Origin: a virus
Direction: 5' to 3' (one strand)
IMG/VR virus record: IMGVR_UViG_3300028666_000023
Coordinates: 121,104-185,103 of that record
DNA: 64,000 bases
Shown here: positions 9,421 to 17,622 of the stretch, piece after piece
How positions within the stretch are numbered: the stretch's first letter is position 1
Layout of the letters: each line of letters opens with the position of its first letter
Notes under the pieces: model-generated
What the model saw: only the letters and a program-made list of their open reading frames with translations
What the model was told of the DNA's origin: nothing
Databases searched by the model: none
Translations under genes and position numbers: made by a program

Positions 9421-9764
9421 GGTGGACCCGGCGGGTACTGCCCCCGCGTCCGACAAGTGCCCAACAACATCCTCTGTCACGTGCGTAGTCGCTGTATCCC
9501 CAGCGACTGAGTCCCGTCGATTCGGCAACGGCACCTACTCTTCTTCGATTCCTCACTGCTGATGGCGAAGTACATCAGTCAGCCAGCTCTGTGGGTTGGC
9601 ACCGGCTTCGCTACTAGAGCACCTTGCTAGCCGATGGCTCAGGCCGCTTGCGCGACGAGGGCGGTTGCGTTGTCGTTCGCAACTGACGTTGCCCGTTTGA
9701 ATGGACCGGGCGCCACTGCACGCAGATGTCGTCTTCTTCTAGCCGTCGAATCTATTTCGGGCCC
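9420..9764 (-). ncRNA. ssrA: tmRNA, one-piece, tag ANDNATALVAQAA
   Basis: 5' GGGCCCG pairs with 3' CGGGTCC-ACCA including the G3-U wobble; GATTCGAC; tag ORF 9680-9639; T-arm GCGGG-GGCAGTA-CCCGC. Confidence 0.95.
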
Positions 9765-9769
9765 TTACT

Positions 9770-9943
9770 TCAAACCACTCGTGGTTCTATCTTCTTCCTC
9801 CTCTTGTCACAAGGACAACCGTTGTTCTCCTTTCTGTTGATGCCGCACTCCTCGCAGAACGGTCCGTTGGGGAGCTGTCCGTGGCAATCGCAGTGGAAGT
9901 CCTCCGCGCCACACTGGGAACAGTAGAGCGGCTCGTCGCTCAC
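9770..9943 (-). CDS. small Cys-rich zinc-binding protein
   Basis: CxxC..CxC repeated twice; GTGA coupling. Confidence 0.55.
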   Translation of the reverse strand: MSDEPLYCSQCGAEDFHCDCHGQLPNGPFCEECGINRKENNGCPCDKRRKKIEPRVV

Positions 9944-10227
9944 TTGCGCACCCGGCGCCGGCCCTTCATGTTGCCGAGCGCGAGGAGGAACATCTTCGCG
10001 ACGAACTGGCAGTGCCGCTTGCCTTCTTTGCGGTCGTCGGTTTCCGCCAGGGTGAAGTACTGGACGCCGACACGGAAGAAGGTCTTGTACGTCACGCGAC
10101 GACCCCACTTGAAGGTCTCCACGTAGACGGCCCACGTCTTCTGTTTCTTCTGCACCTGCTTGGCCGCGCGCGTGGCACTCGCAAGCCGTTCGAGCTCATG
10201 TTCGATCGGCGATGTGACCTTCTTCAT
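9940..10227 (-). CDS. hypothetical protein
   Basis: TGATG coupling to sigma gene. Confidence 0.6.
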   Translation of the reverse strand: MKKVTSPIEHELERLASATRAAKQVQKKQKTWAVYVETFKWGRRVTYKTFFRVGVQYFTLAETDDRKEGKRHCQFVAKMFLLALGNMKGRRRVRK

Positions 10228-11051
10228 CAGTCTTCTTCTTCGTGGTCGTACCCCATGAACCTCTTCAGAGTGCCGAGCATCTGCGTCTTCATGTGGGAGA
10301 TCTGTTGATCGGTCTTCTTCATCTTCTTTGCGAGCAGGCCCGTCGATGTGATCTGGGGATGGTCGTTCGTTCCGAAGACGTGGTTGAAGAGCGTGTGCAT
10401 CTCGGGCTTCTGGGGGAAGAGATCGTGCAGCGACTTCGACGCCACAGCGATCTGCTCGTCCTCGAAGCTCGGGAAGTGGTCGTCCATCCCCTCGAGCGAG
10501 CTCGCCGGAACGTCACGACGTTGTGCCTTCAACACGGTGTCGATTCGCTTGGCAGAGATGTTCTGGAACTCTTGTTCCCCGCTCGACTGCAGATGTGACG
10601 CGATCTCCGTGCTCGTCGGCTCGCGCCCGTACTGCTCGGTGAGCTCCTCCTTCGCCACGTTGATGGGCGTGATGAGCGCAGCCTGGCCCGCGGGGATGTA
10701 GGCCATGTTCTGGTTCTTGAGGTTGTACCGCTGCGCCTTGCGGAGGCGGTAGTTCACGTGCGTGTTGAGAGACGCGCCCTTGTTCGGGTCGTACGTCTCG
10801 AGCGCGTTGATGAAGTGCTTCTGGAGCTCTCCCTTGAATGCGCTCTCCGGCGCCGCGTGCGGCGCGCGGTAGTGCCGCATGCGCATCTGCATGAGCGGCT
10901 CGTACGCTTTGAGCAGGGGCTCGAGGTGCTCGGGCTTGCGCGTCTTGTACCAGCGCTTCCAGAGATCGAGCTCCTGCTCCTTTCGGTCAGCCTTCGCGGC
11001 TTCCTTCGCTTGGAGGTGAACCTCCAACGGATTCGGTTTGCGCGCTGCCAT
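10227..11051 (-). CDS. phage sigma70-family factor (FliA/WhiG-like architecture)
   Basis: Region 2 ALETYDPNKGASLNTHV, region 3 GREPTSTEIA, C-terminal HTH LAKKMKKTDQQISHMK. Confidence 0.8.
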   Translation of the reverse strand: MAARKPNPLEVHLQAKEAAKADRKEQELDLWKRWYKTRKPEHLEPLLKAYEPLMQMRMRHYRAPHAAPESAFKGELQKHFINALETYDPNKGASLNTHVNYRLRKAQRYNLKNQNMAYIPAGQAALITPINVAKEELTEQYGREPTSTEIASHLQSSGEQEFQNISAKRIDTVLKAQRRDVPASSLEGMDDHFPSFEDEQIAVASKSLHDLFPQKPEMHTLFNHVFGTNDHPQITSTGLLAKKMKKTDQQISHMKTQMLGTLKRFMGYDHEEED

Positions 11052-11472
11052 CTTCGTTCCCTTCCAGTTTGAGATAGATCGAGTCGTGGATTTGGTGCTC
11101 GATACTAACTTTCTTGCCGAGTATCTGAAGAGTGTCCGCCAACGGCCCCGACTGCAGAAGGAAGCCGGAGATGCTCCCCGACAATGCGGACTTCTCAACC
11201 GCCTTCTGGAAAGCCTCCATGTGTGCGTGCTTCTGCAACTCCTCGAGCACCTCCGTCGCCCCCACACCGCGTGCGATCGCGAGCTTGAGGACCGTGCTCT
11301 GCGACAGGAGTCCACGCATAGCGAGCTTCTGGTACGGAGCGATGTCGAAGGGGAGCGGGCGCAGGATGGCGAGCTCCGTCGCCGCGAGCTCCTCGAGCTC
11401 CTTCTGTTGTTTGTTCCAGGTCGCGTAGTCCTTGGCGTTCTTCAAAGCCCAGCGAACGGTGTGCTTCTTCAT
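10987..11472 (-). CDS. hypothetical protein resembling a degenerate PolA C-terminus
   Basis: FLLQSGPLAD and HQIHDSIY motifs. Confidence 0.45.
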   Translation of the reverse strand: MKKHTVRWALKNAKDYATWNKQQKELEELAATELAILRPLPFDIAPYQKLAMRGLLSQSTVLKLAIARGVGATEVLEELQKHAHMEAFQKAVEKSALSGSISGFLLQSGPLADTLQILGKKVSIEHQIHDSIYLKLEGNEDGSAQTESVGGSPPSEGSREG

Positions 11473-11795
11473 TGGTTGATCTTTGCAGCTACCAGATAGG
11501 ACCCGGGCCCTGTTGCCTTGATGCGGTACGTTCCGTCTTTGCCCTTGGTGCCCGTGATGAGCACCGTGTCTCCGGGGCCCAGACTCTGGTCGACCCCAAG
11601 CAAATCGAACTCACCCTCGCGGTTCGGACCGTCCAACATCTCCCACTCGACCGTGGGCTTGCCGATGACGATGTTCTCGATCTTGGCGAGCTCACGAGCG
11701 GTGCGCTTCCAGCGCTCGCGTTCGATCCAGCGCTTCCAGCGACGTTCTTCTTTCTCTTCGCGTCGCTGCTGTGCGGCGCGACGAGATGCTGCCAT
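11469..11795 (-). CDS. hypothetical protein
   Basis: Coupled start and stop. Confidence 0.55.
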   Translation of the reverse strand: MAASRRAAQQRREEKEERRWKRWIERERWKRTARELAKIENIVIGKPTVEWEMLDGPNREGEFDLLGVDQSLGPGDTVLITGTKGKDGTYRIKATGPGSYLVAAKINQ

Positions 11796-12214
11796 CAGAC
11801 GAAGCCGATGGTCTTCATGACCTTGTCGGTCAGCGTCTCGTCGGCGGCCGTCTTCTCTCGTCCACGCTGAAGCATCGGCGAGTGCGGGTGCCCTTCGCGC
11901 GCGTTGGCGAAGAACTCGGACATCTCTTTCTGCTCGGCGGGCGCGGTGGTCTTCGGGCTGTCGAAGAGGCGATCGATCATCTCGCCGCGGCCGTTGTGCG
12001 CCTCGCGTTCGACAGCGGTGCCGTGGACAGCCGCATCATCGTTCTTGCTGACTGGCGGCTTGTCTCCCCATTTCGCGTCGAGCGTGCCCGGCTTGCGCCC
12101 CTCGGGCGGAGGATAGACGTCGCCGCGGCCCTTGTTGCTCTGGTCCTCGTTGTTCTCGATGCGACCATCGTCCGAAGCCGTCTTCGCGCGGATCAAGTCC
12201 AGTGCCGTCATCAT
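11795..12214 (-). CDS. K-x-A motif protein (putative head cargo)
   Basis: IRAKTAS and REKTAA motifs; TAGAAT 7 nt upstream of ATG. Confidence 0.6.
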   Translation of the reverse strand: MMTALDLIRAKTASDDGRIENNEDQSNKGRGDVYPPPEGRKPGTLDAKWGDKPPVSKNDDAAVHGTAVEREAHNGRGEMIDRLFDSPKTTAPAEQKEMSEFFANAREGHPHSPMLQRGREKTAADETLTDKVMKTIGFV

Positions 12215-12224
12215 GCCTCCCATT

Positions 12225-12587
12225 CTAGCGCCTCCCGAGACCGGCACCAAGCGAACCGAGCAGCAGCTTCAACCGCCCGAGTTCTTCGTCAGCCTTGATG
12301 CGCCGGGCAACCTCGAGCTTCAGCGCTTGCTTCGTCACTTCGTGCTCGGCCTTTTCCTTGTGATAGTCGTCGCGCAGCACGGTCAGCACTTCACCCTGGA
12401 AGTCCTCCTCGCCGTAGATGCGGAAGCCGGCCTTCAGCTTCTTCTCGATCTTCTCCCACAGCTCCTCGTTCGCGTACTGCCCGTGCAGCTGACACTCGAC
12501 CTGGAAGGTGCCGTCCTCGAGCTGCCGCGAATGACTCGCCGAAAGAGCGAACGAGATGCTCGGAACCTTCTCTTCTGAATCAACCAA
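12225..12587 (-). CDS. hypothetical protein
   Basis: GGAGGT RBS before TTG. Confidence 0.55.
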   Translation of the reverse strand: MVDSEEKVPSISFALSASHSRQLEDGTFQVECQLHGQYANEELWEKIEKKLKAGFRIYGEEDFQGEVLTVLRDDYHKEKAEHEVTKQALKLEVARRIKADEELGRLKLLLGSLGAGLGRR

Positions 12588-13086
12588 AGACCACCTCCTC
12601 GATGGAGATTTCCCCCACCACGATTCCAACTGCGCGCGAGACGCCCTCGAAGCCATGACCCTTTGAGGCGCACTCCTTCTGCGCGAATTCGAAGAACGCT
12701 TCGGCCGCGCGCTCGGCGAAGGTTTTCACGACGTCGGCGCGCTCGCTGAGCATGCCATCGTTGAAGAGCTCGAAGCAGAGAGCGAGATCGAGAGCCTTCT
12801 GCGCACGTTGCACGTGCCCCGTCTGCGCGTTGTCCGACCAACCCCTCAAGATCTGCTGCTCGGCAGTCTGCAGCGTGAGCATCTCATGCTCTTGGCGGAG
12901 GTCGGCGATCGTTTGTTTCAACGAGCGTTGTTGTGCTGGACGGCCGAGCACAGCGTTCGCCGTTGTAGCGACGGCGAGCGCCATGCGCACGCCGGTCTTG
13001 CGGACGATGAACTCCTCGGCGCTGCCGGTGTTGAGCCACTTCGTTGCGAACTCGCGGATGACACCGCTCGTTGTGTCAGAGTGCAT
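12580..13086 (-). CDS. hypothetical protein
   Basis: Helical composition; packing. Confidence 0.55.
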   Translation of the reverse strand: MHSDTTSGVIREFATKWLNTGSAEEFIVRKTGVRMALAVATTANAVLGRPAQQRSLKQTIADLRQEHEMLTLQTAEQQILRGWSDNAQTGHVQRAQKALDLALCFELFNDGMLSERADVVKTFAERAAEAFFEFAQKECASKGHGFEGVSRAVGIVVGEISIEEVVFG

Positions 13087-13160
13087 ACCGAAGTCGGCAT
13101 CATTGAGTAGCAAAAGAGAGAGCTTGCAGGTGAATGGACACACGGTTTCCTCCGTGGTTC

Positions 13161-13478
13161 TTATTCCTCGGAGGTCTTCCTGGTAGCCCAACCGACAAAC
13201 TGCACGTAGTCGTGGAAAGTACAACCGGTGCCAGGGCACACGTAGCTCGGTGAGAGCGTGCCGTCGGGCGAAACCGAATGGATCTTCCTGGAGATGCGGC
13301 ACGTGTGCCCGAGGGGGCACGTCGAGAAGGCCAAGTCTTCTCCGCAGACGCGCGCCCAGCGCTCGTCCCCGGTCTTGGCGAGGACCTCTTCATACGTCGG
13401 CGCGTAGTCCCACGTCTTCGGTGTCGGCAGCACCCCATGGTCGGGGATGCGCTGGTCGCCGCGCGTGAACTCGATCAC
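13161..13478 (-). CDS. DUF6527-like Cys/His protein
   Basis: CP.GH...TLSPSYVC...C.FH. Confidence 0.5.
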   Translation of the reverse strand: MIEFTRGDQRIPDHGVLPTPKTWDYAPTYEEVLAKTGDERWARVCGEDLAFSTCPLGHTCRISRKIHSVSPDGTLSPSYVCPGTGCTFHDYVQFVGWATRKTSEE

Positions 13479-14425
13479 GTCAGGTCTTGCGGCGCGCGCC
13501 CACCGATGCTGCCCTTGAACGCACCGGCGATGCCCGAGCCGAAGTGCGGGCCCTTGGGCTTCGCAATCTGCGCGATCGACGGCCCCGGTCCAGAGAGCTT
13601 CGGTGCACCGACAGACTTCGCTGCCGAGGGTGCACCGCCGAGCGTCGGGCTCACGCCCATGATGCCGCCCGCGGCGCCCATCTTCTCACGCAGCGTCGCG
13701 ACGAACTTCGCCATCTCCTCGACGGGCATCGAGTACTTCGACTTCTTGAAGTCGCTCTGGTTGTACGTGACGTAGTCCGGCAGCATGTCGCCGTCCTTCT
13801 CCTTGGACTTCTTCGCCACGGGCGCAGGGTCGAACGCGAGATCGAGGTCGCTGCGCTTCTGGATGGGGCTCTGTAGGTCCGGAGCTGCGAACGAGGGGAT
13901 GTCGCTCGCCATCATGAAGTTCCCGCGCGTGGGCGCGCCGGCCGCTTGCTTGCGCTTCTGCACCACCGACTGGAGGTTCGGCGCAAGGAACCCGGGCGCG
14001 GAGCTCGCCTGCGAAGGGATGCTCGGGTTGAGGGGGTAGGAGTACTGGCTCGTCGTGAACGCGTGCTTCGCGATCGGCGCGACCTTGTCGATGAGCTTCT
14101 CGAGCCCGCGCTTGCCCGCGAGGTACGCCGGCGTGAGACCGGGAATCGGCACCCCCTGCATCGGGATGATCTCCGGGTTCTTGATGCCCACGGAGGCCAC
14201 GCTCTTCAGCGCACCGGCGATGCGCGGCGTGAACGTCTTGTCGGCCGCGCGATCGACCGCCGCCTGCGCGGGGCCCTGCAGCTTGCCGAACGCGTTCTCG
14301 ACTCCGTGCTGAAGACCCGCGAGCTCGTCGGGCGAACGCTTGCGCATCAGCAGCCGCGGCGTGTTGGGCACGTCAGTGGCGCCGAGGCGCACGAGCCGTT
14401 CGATGAGCGCGTCCTTCTCCATCAC
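13475..14425 (-). CDS. K-x-A motif protein (putative head cargo)
   Basis: EKDA, AKHA, RKQA, EKMG motifs separate low-complexity segments. Confidence 0.65.
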   Translation of the reverse strand: MMEKDALIERLVRLGATDVPNTPRLLMRKRSPDELAGLQHGVENAFGKLQGPAQAAVDRAADKTFTPRIAGALKSVASVGIKNPEIIPMQGVPIPGLTPAYLAGKRGLEKLIDKVAPIAKHAFTTSQYSYPLNPSIPSQASSAPGFLAPNLQSVVQKRKQAAGAPTRGNFMMASDIPSFAAPDLQSPIQKRSDLDLAFDPAPVAKKSKEKDGDMLPDYVTYNQSDFKKSKYSMPVEEMAKFVATLREKMGAAGGIMGVSPTLGGAPSAAKSVGAPKLSGPGPSIAQIAKPKGPHFGSGIAGAFKGSIGGRAPQDLT

Positions 14426-15054
14426 TTCTTCTTTTTCATGGCGGCGTCATGCTCGCCCTCGCGCTTGCCCACGTGATAGAGCGCCGCGCCGGAGGCGATG
14501 CCGCCCACGCCGCGCGCGATCTCGCGCGTGTCTCCATGCGCGACGCCCGACCCTGCCTCAATCGCCGGGCCGATGCGGTGCTTCAGAAAACCGTGCACGC
14601 CCTGAAGGCCATGCTCGAGTGCGCTCCGCGCCACATCTTTCGCATCCGCGCCCTTGCTCAAACCGGAGGACATCGGGGAGTCGGTCATGGCGCCGGGGGA
14701 CGGGGCGTACTCGCCGACGTGCTCCTGGTTCATGAACTTCTTGAGCTTGCCATACTCGGCCTTGCGATCGAGCTGCCGCGCGACGAGCGGGATGGCACCC
14801 ATTCCGATAGCGCCGCCGACCGCCCCCGCGAGCGCGCCGCGCCGCGTGGGGAGTGCGCCATGCTCGAGGGCGTTGCCGAGGAGCCTGGTCCCAGCGCCCG
14901 CGGCAGCACCGAGCGCGCCGTAGCGACCGACCTGCCCGAGCGTCGGCTTGCTCTGGTCGATCGCATCGAGCTTCTCGAGGGAGCGGTGGGCCTCCTCAGC
15001 GCTGACCGCGCCAAGCTTCTCGAGCTCGTCGAAGAACGCGTCGATCGGCAGCAT
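14422..15054 (-). CDS. FxDELxK motif glycine-zipper protein
   Basis: AFFDELEKLGA; GALGAAAGAG and GALAGAVGGAIG. Confidence 0.7.
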   Translation of the reverse strand: MLPIDAFFDELEKLGAVSAEEAHRSLEKLDAIDQSKPTLGQVGRYGALGAAAGAGTRLLGNALEHGALPTRRGALAGAVGGAIGMGAIPLVARQLDRKAEYGKLKKFMNQEHVGEYAPSPGAMTDSPMSSGLSKGADAKDVARSALEHGLQGVHGFLKHRIGPAIEAGSGVAHGDTREIARGVGGIASGAALYHVGKREGEHDAAMKKKK

Positions 15055-15617
15055 CAGTGGCCTCCGGCGAGACCGCCGAGCGCGGGGGCCGCGAGCACAC
15101 CGAGACCCGCGATCTCCGACAGCGGCTTGGCCGCGTGCGGCAGCACCTGACGCTTCTTCACGCCCTCGGAGCTGTAGTCGCCGTGGAGGCCCGCGCGCAG
15201 ATGCGCCTGCGCCTCGTCGAGGCTCGGGGCCGCGAGGATGCCGAGCCCGGCGAGCTCCGCCTTGTGCGCGCCCGCGCCTTGCGCGAGCGGCGCGAGGGAC
15301 TTCATGAGCCCACCGACGCCGGCCTCCTTGATCGCCTCAGCGAAGGCTGCCTTGTCGAGCATGTCGGGGTACTTCTGTTTGATCTTCGCGCGCACGGCGG
15401 CGAGGTCGGCCGAGTCGTGGTGCATCTTCGCGAAGCCGAGCGCGGAGCGCGCGTGCTGGCGATCGGGGATGGGGTACGCCTCCTCACCCGTGTTCGACTT
15501 CTTCGCCTTCACCGCGAAGTCCTTGCCGGGGAGCTTGTCGCGCGCGCTCTCGGTGAGCTCGCCCGCGATCTTGGAGAGCTCGTCGCGGCAGGACTGGATG
15601 CTGGTCAAATCGAACAT
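15054..15617 (-). CDS. DELxKIA motif protein with DUF6582-like domain
   Basis: RDELSKIA; RDKLPGKDFA...YPIPDRQHARSAL. Confidence 0.7.
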   Translation of the reverse strand: MFDLTSIQSCRDELSKIAGELTESARDKLPGKDFAVKAKKSNTGEEAYPIPDRQHARSALGFAKMHHDSADLAAVRAKIKQKYPDMLDKAAFAEAIKEAGVGGLMKSLAPLAQGAGAHKAELAGLGILAAPSLDEAQAHLRAGLHGDYSSEGVKKRQVLPHAAKPLSEIAGLGVLAAPALGGLAGGH

Positions 15618-15624
15618 GACTTCC

Positions 15625-16863
15625 TCACCTGAAGAACTTGCCGACACGTGCGAGCATACCAGGAGCCTTGGCCGCGACCGAGTGTTCTGCGGATTGCAGT
15701 GCTCCGCCGACGGCGCCGCCGAGTGAGGGGGCCTTCTTCATCAAGTTGAAAGGCGCCGCGGTCCCCATGGACTGAACGGTGTGCGCGGTAGTTCCAGACG
15801 CCGCGAGCGCAGGTCGAGCAGCGGGCAGCGCTGCACGTTGGGGGACAGCCGTTCGAACGTCGTCTACGCCACCCCCGCCGAGATGTTGTGCCGGTGGTGC
15901 CGTGGTCGGCGCGGCCTTCTGGATGTTCATCTGCGGGTTGAACACCTCCTTGCGGAGAGCTCCGACGTTCGCGTTCTGGCCGGGGTCGGCGCCGAACCGG
16001 CTGTCGCCCTTCGGTGCGTACGTGTGCAGCGAATCCAGCGCGTGGTTCGCCTGCCCTTCCGTGTGCGGCAAGAAGTCGAGCACCTTCGGACCTTGGGGGG
16101 AGTTCACGACGTTCCCCCAGTTGGTGCCGAGACTCCCTGAGGAGTTTCGGATCTTGGTGGTGTCCATCATGTGGTGGCCCTGCGCCTCCATCGGATTGAC
16201 CACCGTCTCGTTGACCTTGTTGACCGCGCCCATGTACTGGTCGCGAGGGTTGCTGTAGACCGCGCGCCCGTTGGCCTCGGCCTTCTGGCCGCGCAGGTCG
16301 GAGATGCCGGGCACGTACTCGTGGAAGGACGTCGAGCGTTGTAGTCCCCCTGCACCATGTGTCTCGTGACCGTACATCGCAGGCACCATGCTCTTCGCCT
16401 CGGGCGAGAGAGAGCGCGCTTGGTCGGTCATCTGCTGTTTGTGCTCGAGGAGCTTCGGCGTGAACTCCCCCTGAGACACGGGGCTGTCGGGTTTGTACAA
16501 CTTGCGCGCGACGTAGCCACTCTGGTTCACCTCACCCGTCGAGGGCACTGCCTTGCGTCCCATCATCAGGTCGACGCCGGCTTCCGCTCCACCAGGAGAG
16601 ATGTCCTTCAGCTGACGCGGCTTGAGTCCGAGGTCGCCGTAGCCCTTGGCGATCTGGTCGGCTCCTGCTTGGTTGCCCGCTGCATTCGCCGCCTGCCACT
16701 CCTTCACCGCGCGCGTCGCTGCGATCTTCGACCCAGGCGCCATCTTGATGGTCGCCATGCGCGGCGCGAGCGTCGTCAGCGCGTTGTTCGGACGGAGCTC
16801 CCCGGGTGTGGCGATCTTCGCGAGCTCGCTCTCGAAGGCGCTCTTGATGCTGTCGAGGTTCAT
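15625..16863 (-). CDS. FxSELxKIA motif protein with protein-kinase-like domain
   Basis: AFESELAKIA; GGAEAGV, VARKLY, HEYVPG, HMMD...GNVV, KVLDF occur in kinase order. Confidence 0.65.
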   Translation of the reverse strand: MNLDSIKSAFESELAKIATPGELRPNNALTTLAPRMATIKMAPGSKIAATRAVKEWQAANAAGNQAGADQIAKGYGDLGLKPRQLKDISPGGAEAGVDLMMGRKAVPSTGEVNQSGYVARKLYKPDSPVSQGEFTPKLLEHKQQMTDQARSLSPEAKSMVPAMYGHETHGAGGLQRSTSFHEYVPGISDLRGQKAEANGRAVYSNPRDQYMGAVNKVNETVVNPMEAQGHHMMDTTKIRNSSGSLGTNWGNVVNSPQGPKVLDFLPHTEGQANHALDSLHTYAPKGDSRFGADPGQNANVGALRKEVFNPQMNIQKAAPTTAPPAQHLGGGGVDDVRTAVPQRAALPAARPALAASGTTAHTVQSMGTAAPFNLMKKAPSLGGAVGGALQSAEHSVAAKAPGMLARVGKFFR

Positions 16864-17375
16864 GCGTGCCCGCTCGGGTGGTTCATGGCACCGATGTCGC
16901 TCGAGTGTTGCCCGAGACCGGTGACCGTCGTTGCGTTCTCTCGCTGGTCGTATCGATCGACGGTGTTCACGTCGTCCAGGCTCGGGACGTCACCCTTCTT
17001 GCGTGGCTTTTTTGCTTCCGCAAACCCAGGTGTCTCACCGCCAGGGATGGGCCCGGGTCCCTCCGCGTAGACGCTGCCCTGCAGGGAACCATACTTCTGC
17101 TCGAGGGGAATCATCTCCCCCCGCGTGGGCCCGTCCCCCGAATGCTTCTTCGCTTTGGCGGCGCCGGGGTCGTCCACGCTGCCCGCCGCGGTGTCCTGGG
17201 GGTTTCCCTGAGAATCCGCCCCCTTGTAGAGCTCGCCGCGCTTGTCCTTGTCCAACAGCTTGTCCACTGAAATGGGACGGCGCCCCTCCCGCGACTTCGT
17301 AATATCCATGTGGCTCTCCGCGAAGGCGATCTTCGAAAGCTCGTCGTAGAACGCGGAGAGAACTTTGCCGTCCAC
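16860..17375 (-). CDS. FxDELxKIA motif protein
   Basis: AFYDELSKIA; GTG start 6 nt after TACACT. Confidence 0.7.
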   Translation of the reverse strand: MDGKVLSAFYDELSKIAFAESHMDITKSREGRRPISVDKLLDKDKRGELYKGADSQGNPQDTAAGSVDDPGAAKAKKHSGDGPTRGEMIPLEQKYGSLQGSVYAEGPGPIPGGETPGFAEAKKPRKKGDVPSLDDVNTVDRYDQRENATTVTGLGQHSSDIGAMNHPSGHA

Positions 17376-17418
17376 GACTGGAGTGTACCGCGGGCACGGA
17401 ACGTGCGGAAGAGCGGAC

Positions 17419-17622
17419 ATGCTCATCGTCGGACTCCTCGCCCTCATCATCTGCGTCGTCGGTCTGATCTTCTATCTCGCGTTCAATGCGATGTCGCGCG
17501 CGGCGTGGGTAGAAGTCTTCCGCATCATGTTCGCGATGGGGCTGCTCGCCTTTCTCATCGGCTCAGGGATGCAGAGCTGTTCCGTCGGAACAACCGGCGC
17601 GACCACCACAATCCACCACTAG
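17419..17622 (+). CDS. small two-TM membrane protein
   Basis: Two hydrophobic helices; fills the gap between minus-strand genes. Confidence 0.6.
   Translation: MLIVGLLALIICVVGLIFYLAFNAMSRAAWVEVFRIMFAMGLLAFLIGSGMQSCSVGTTGATTTIHH

Noticed and set aside
14422-17375. ELxKI motif as a double-glycine bacteriocin leader
   Set aside because: No GG cleavage site and no C39 peptidase/ABC transporter in the window; related K-x-A sites also occur internally and in structural-operon genes.
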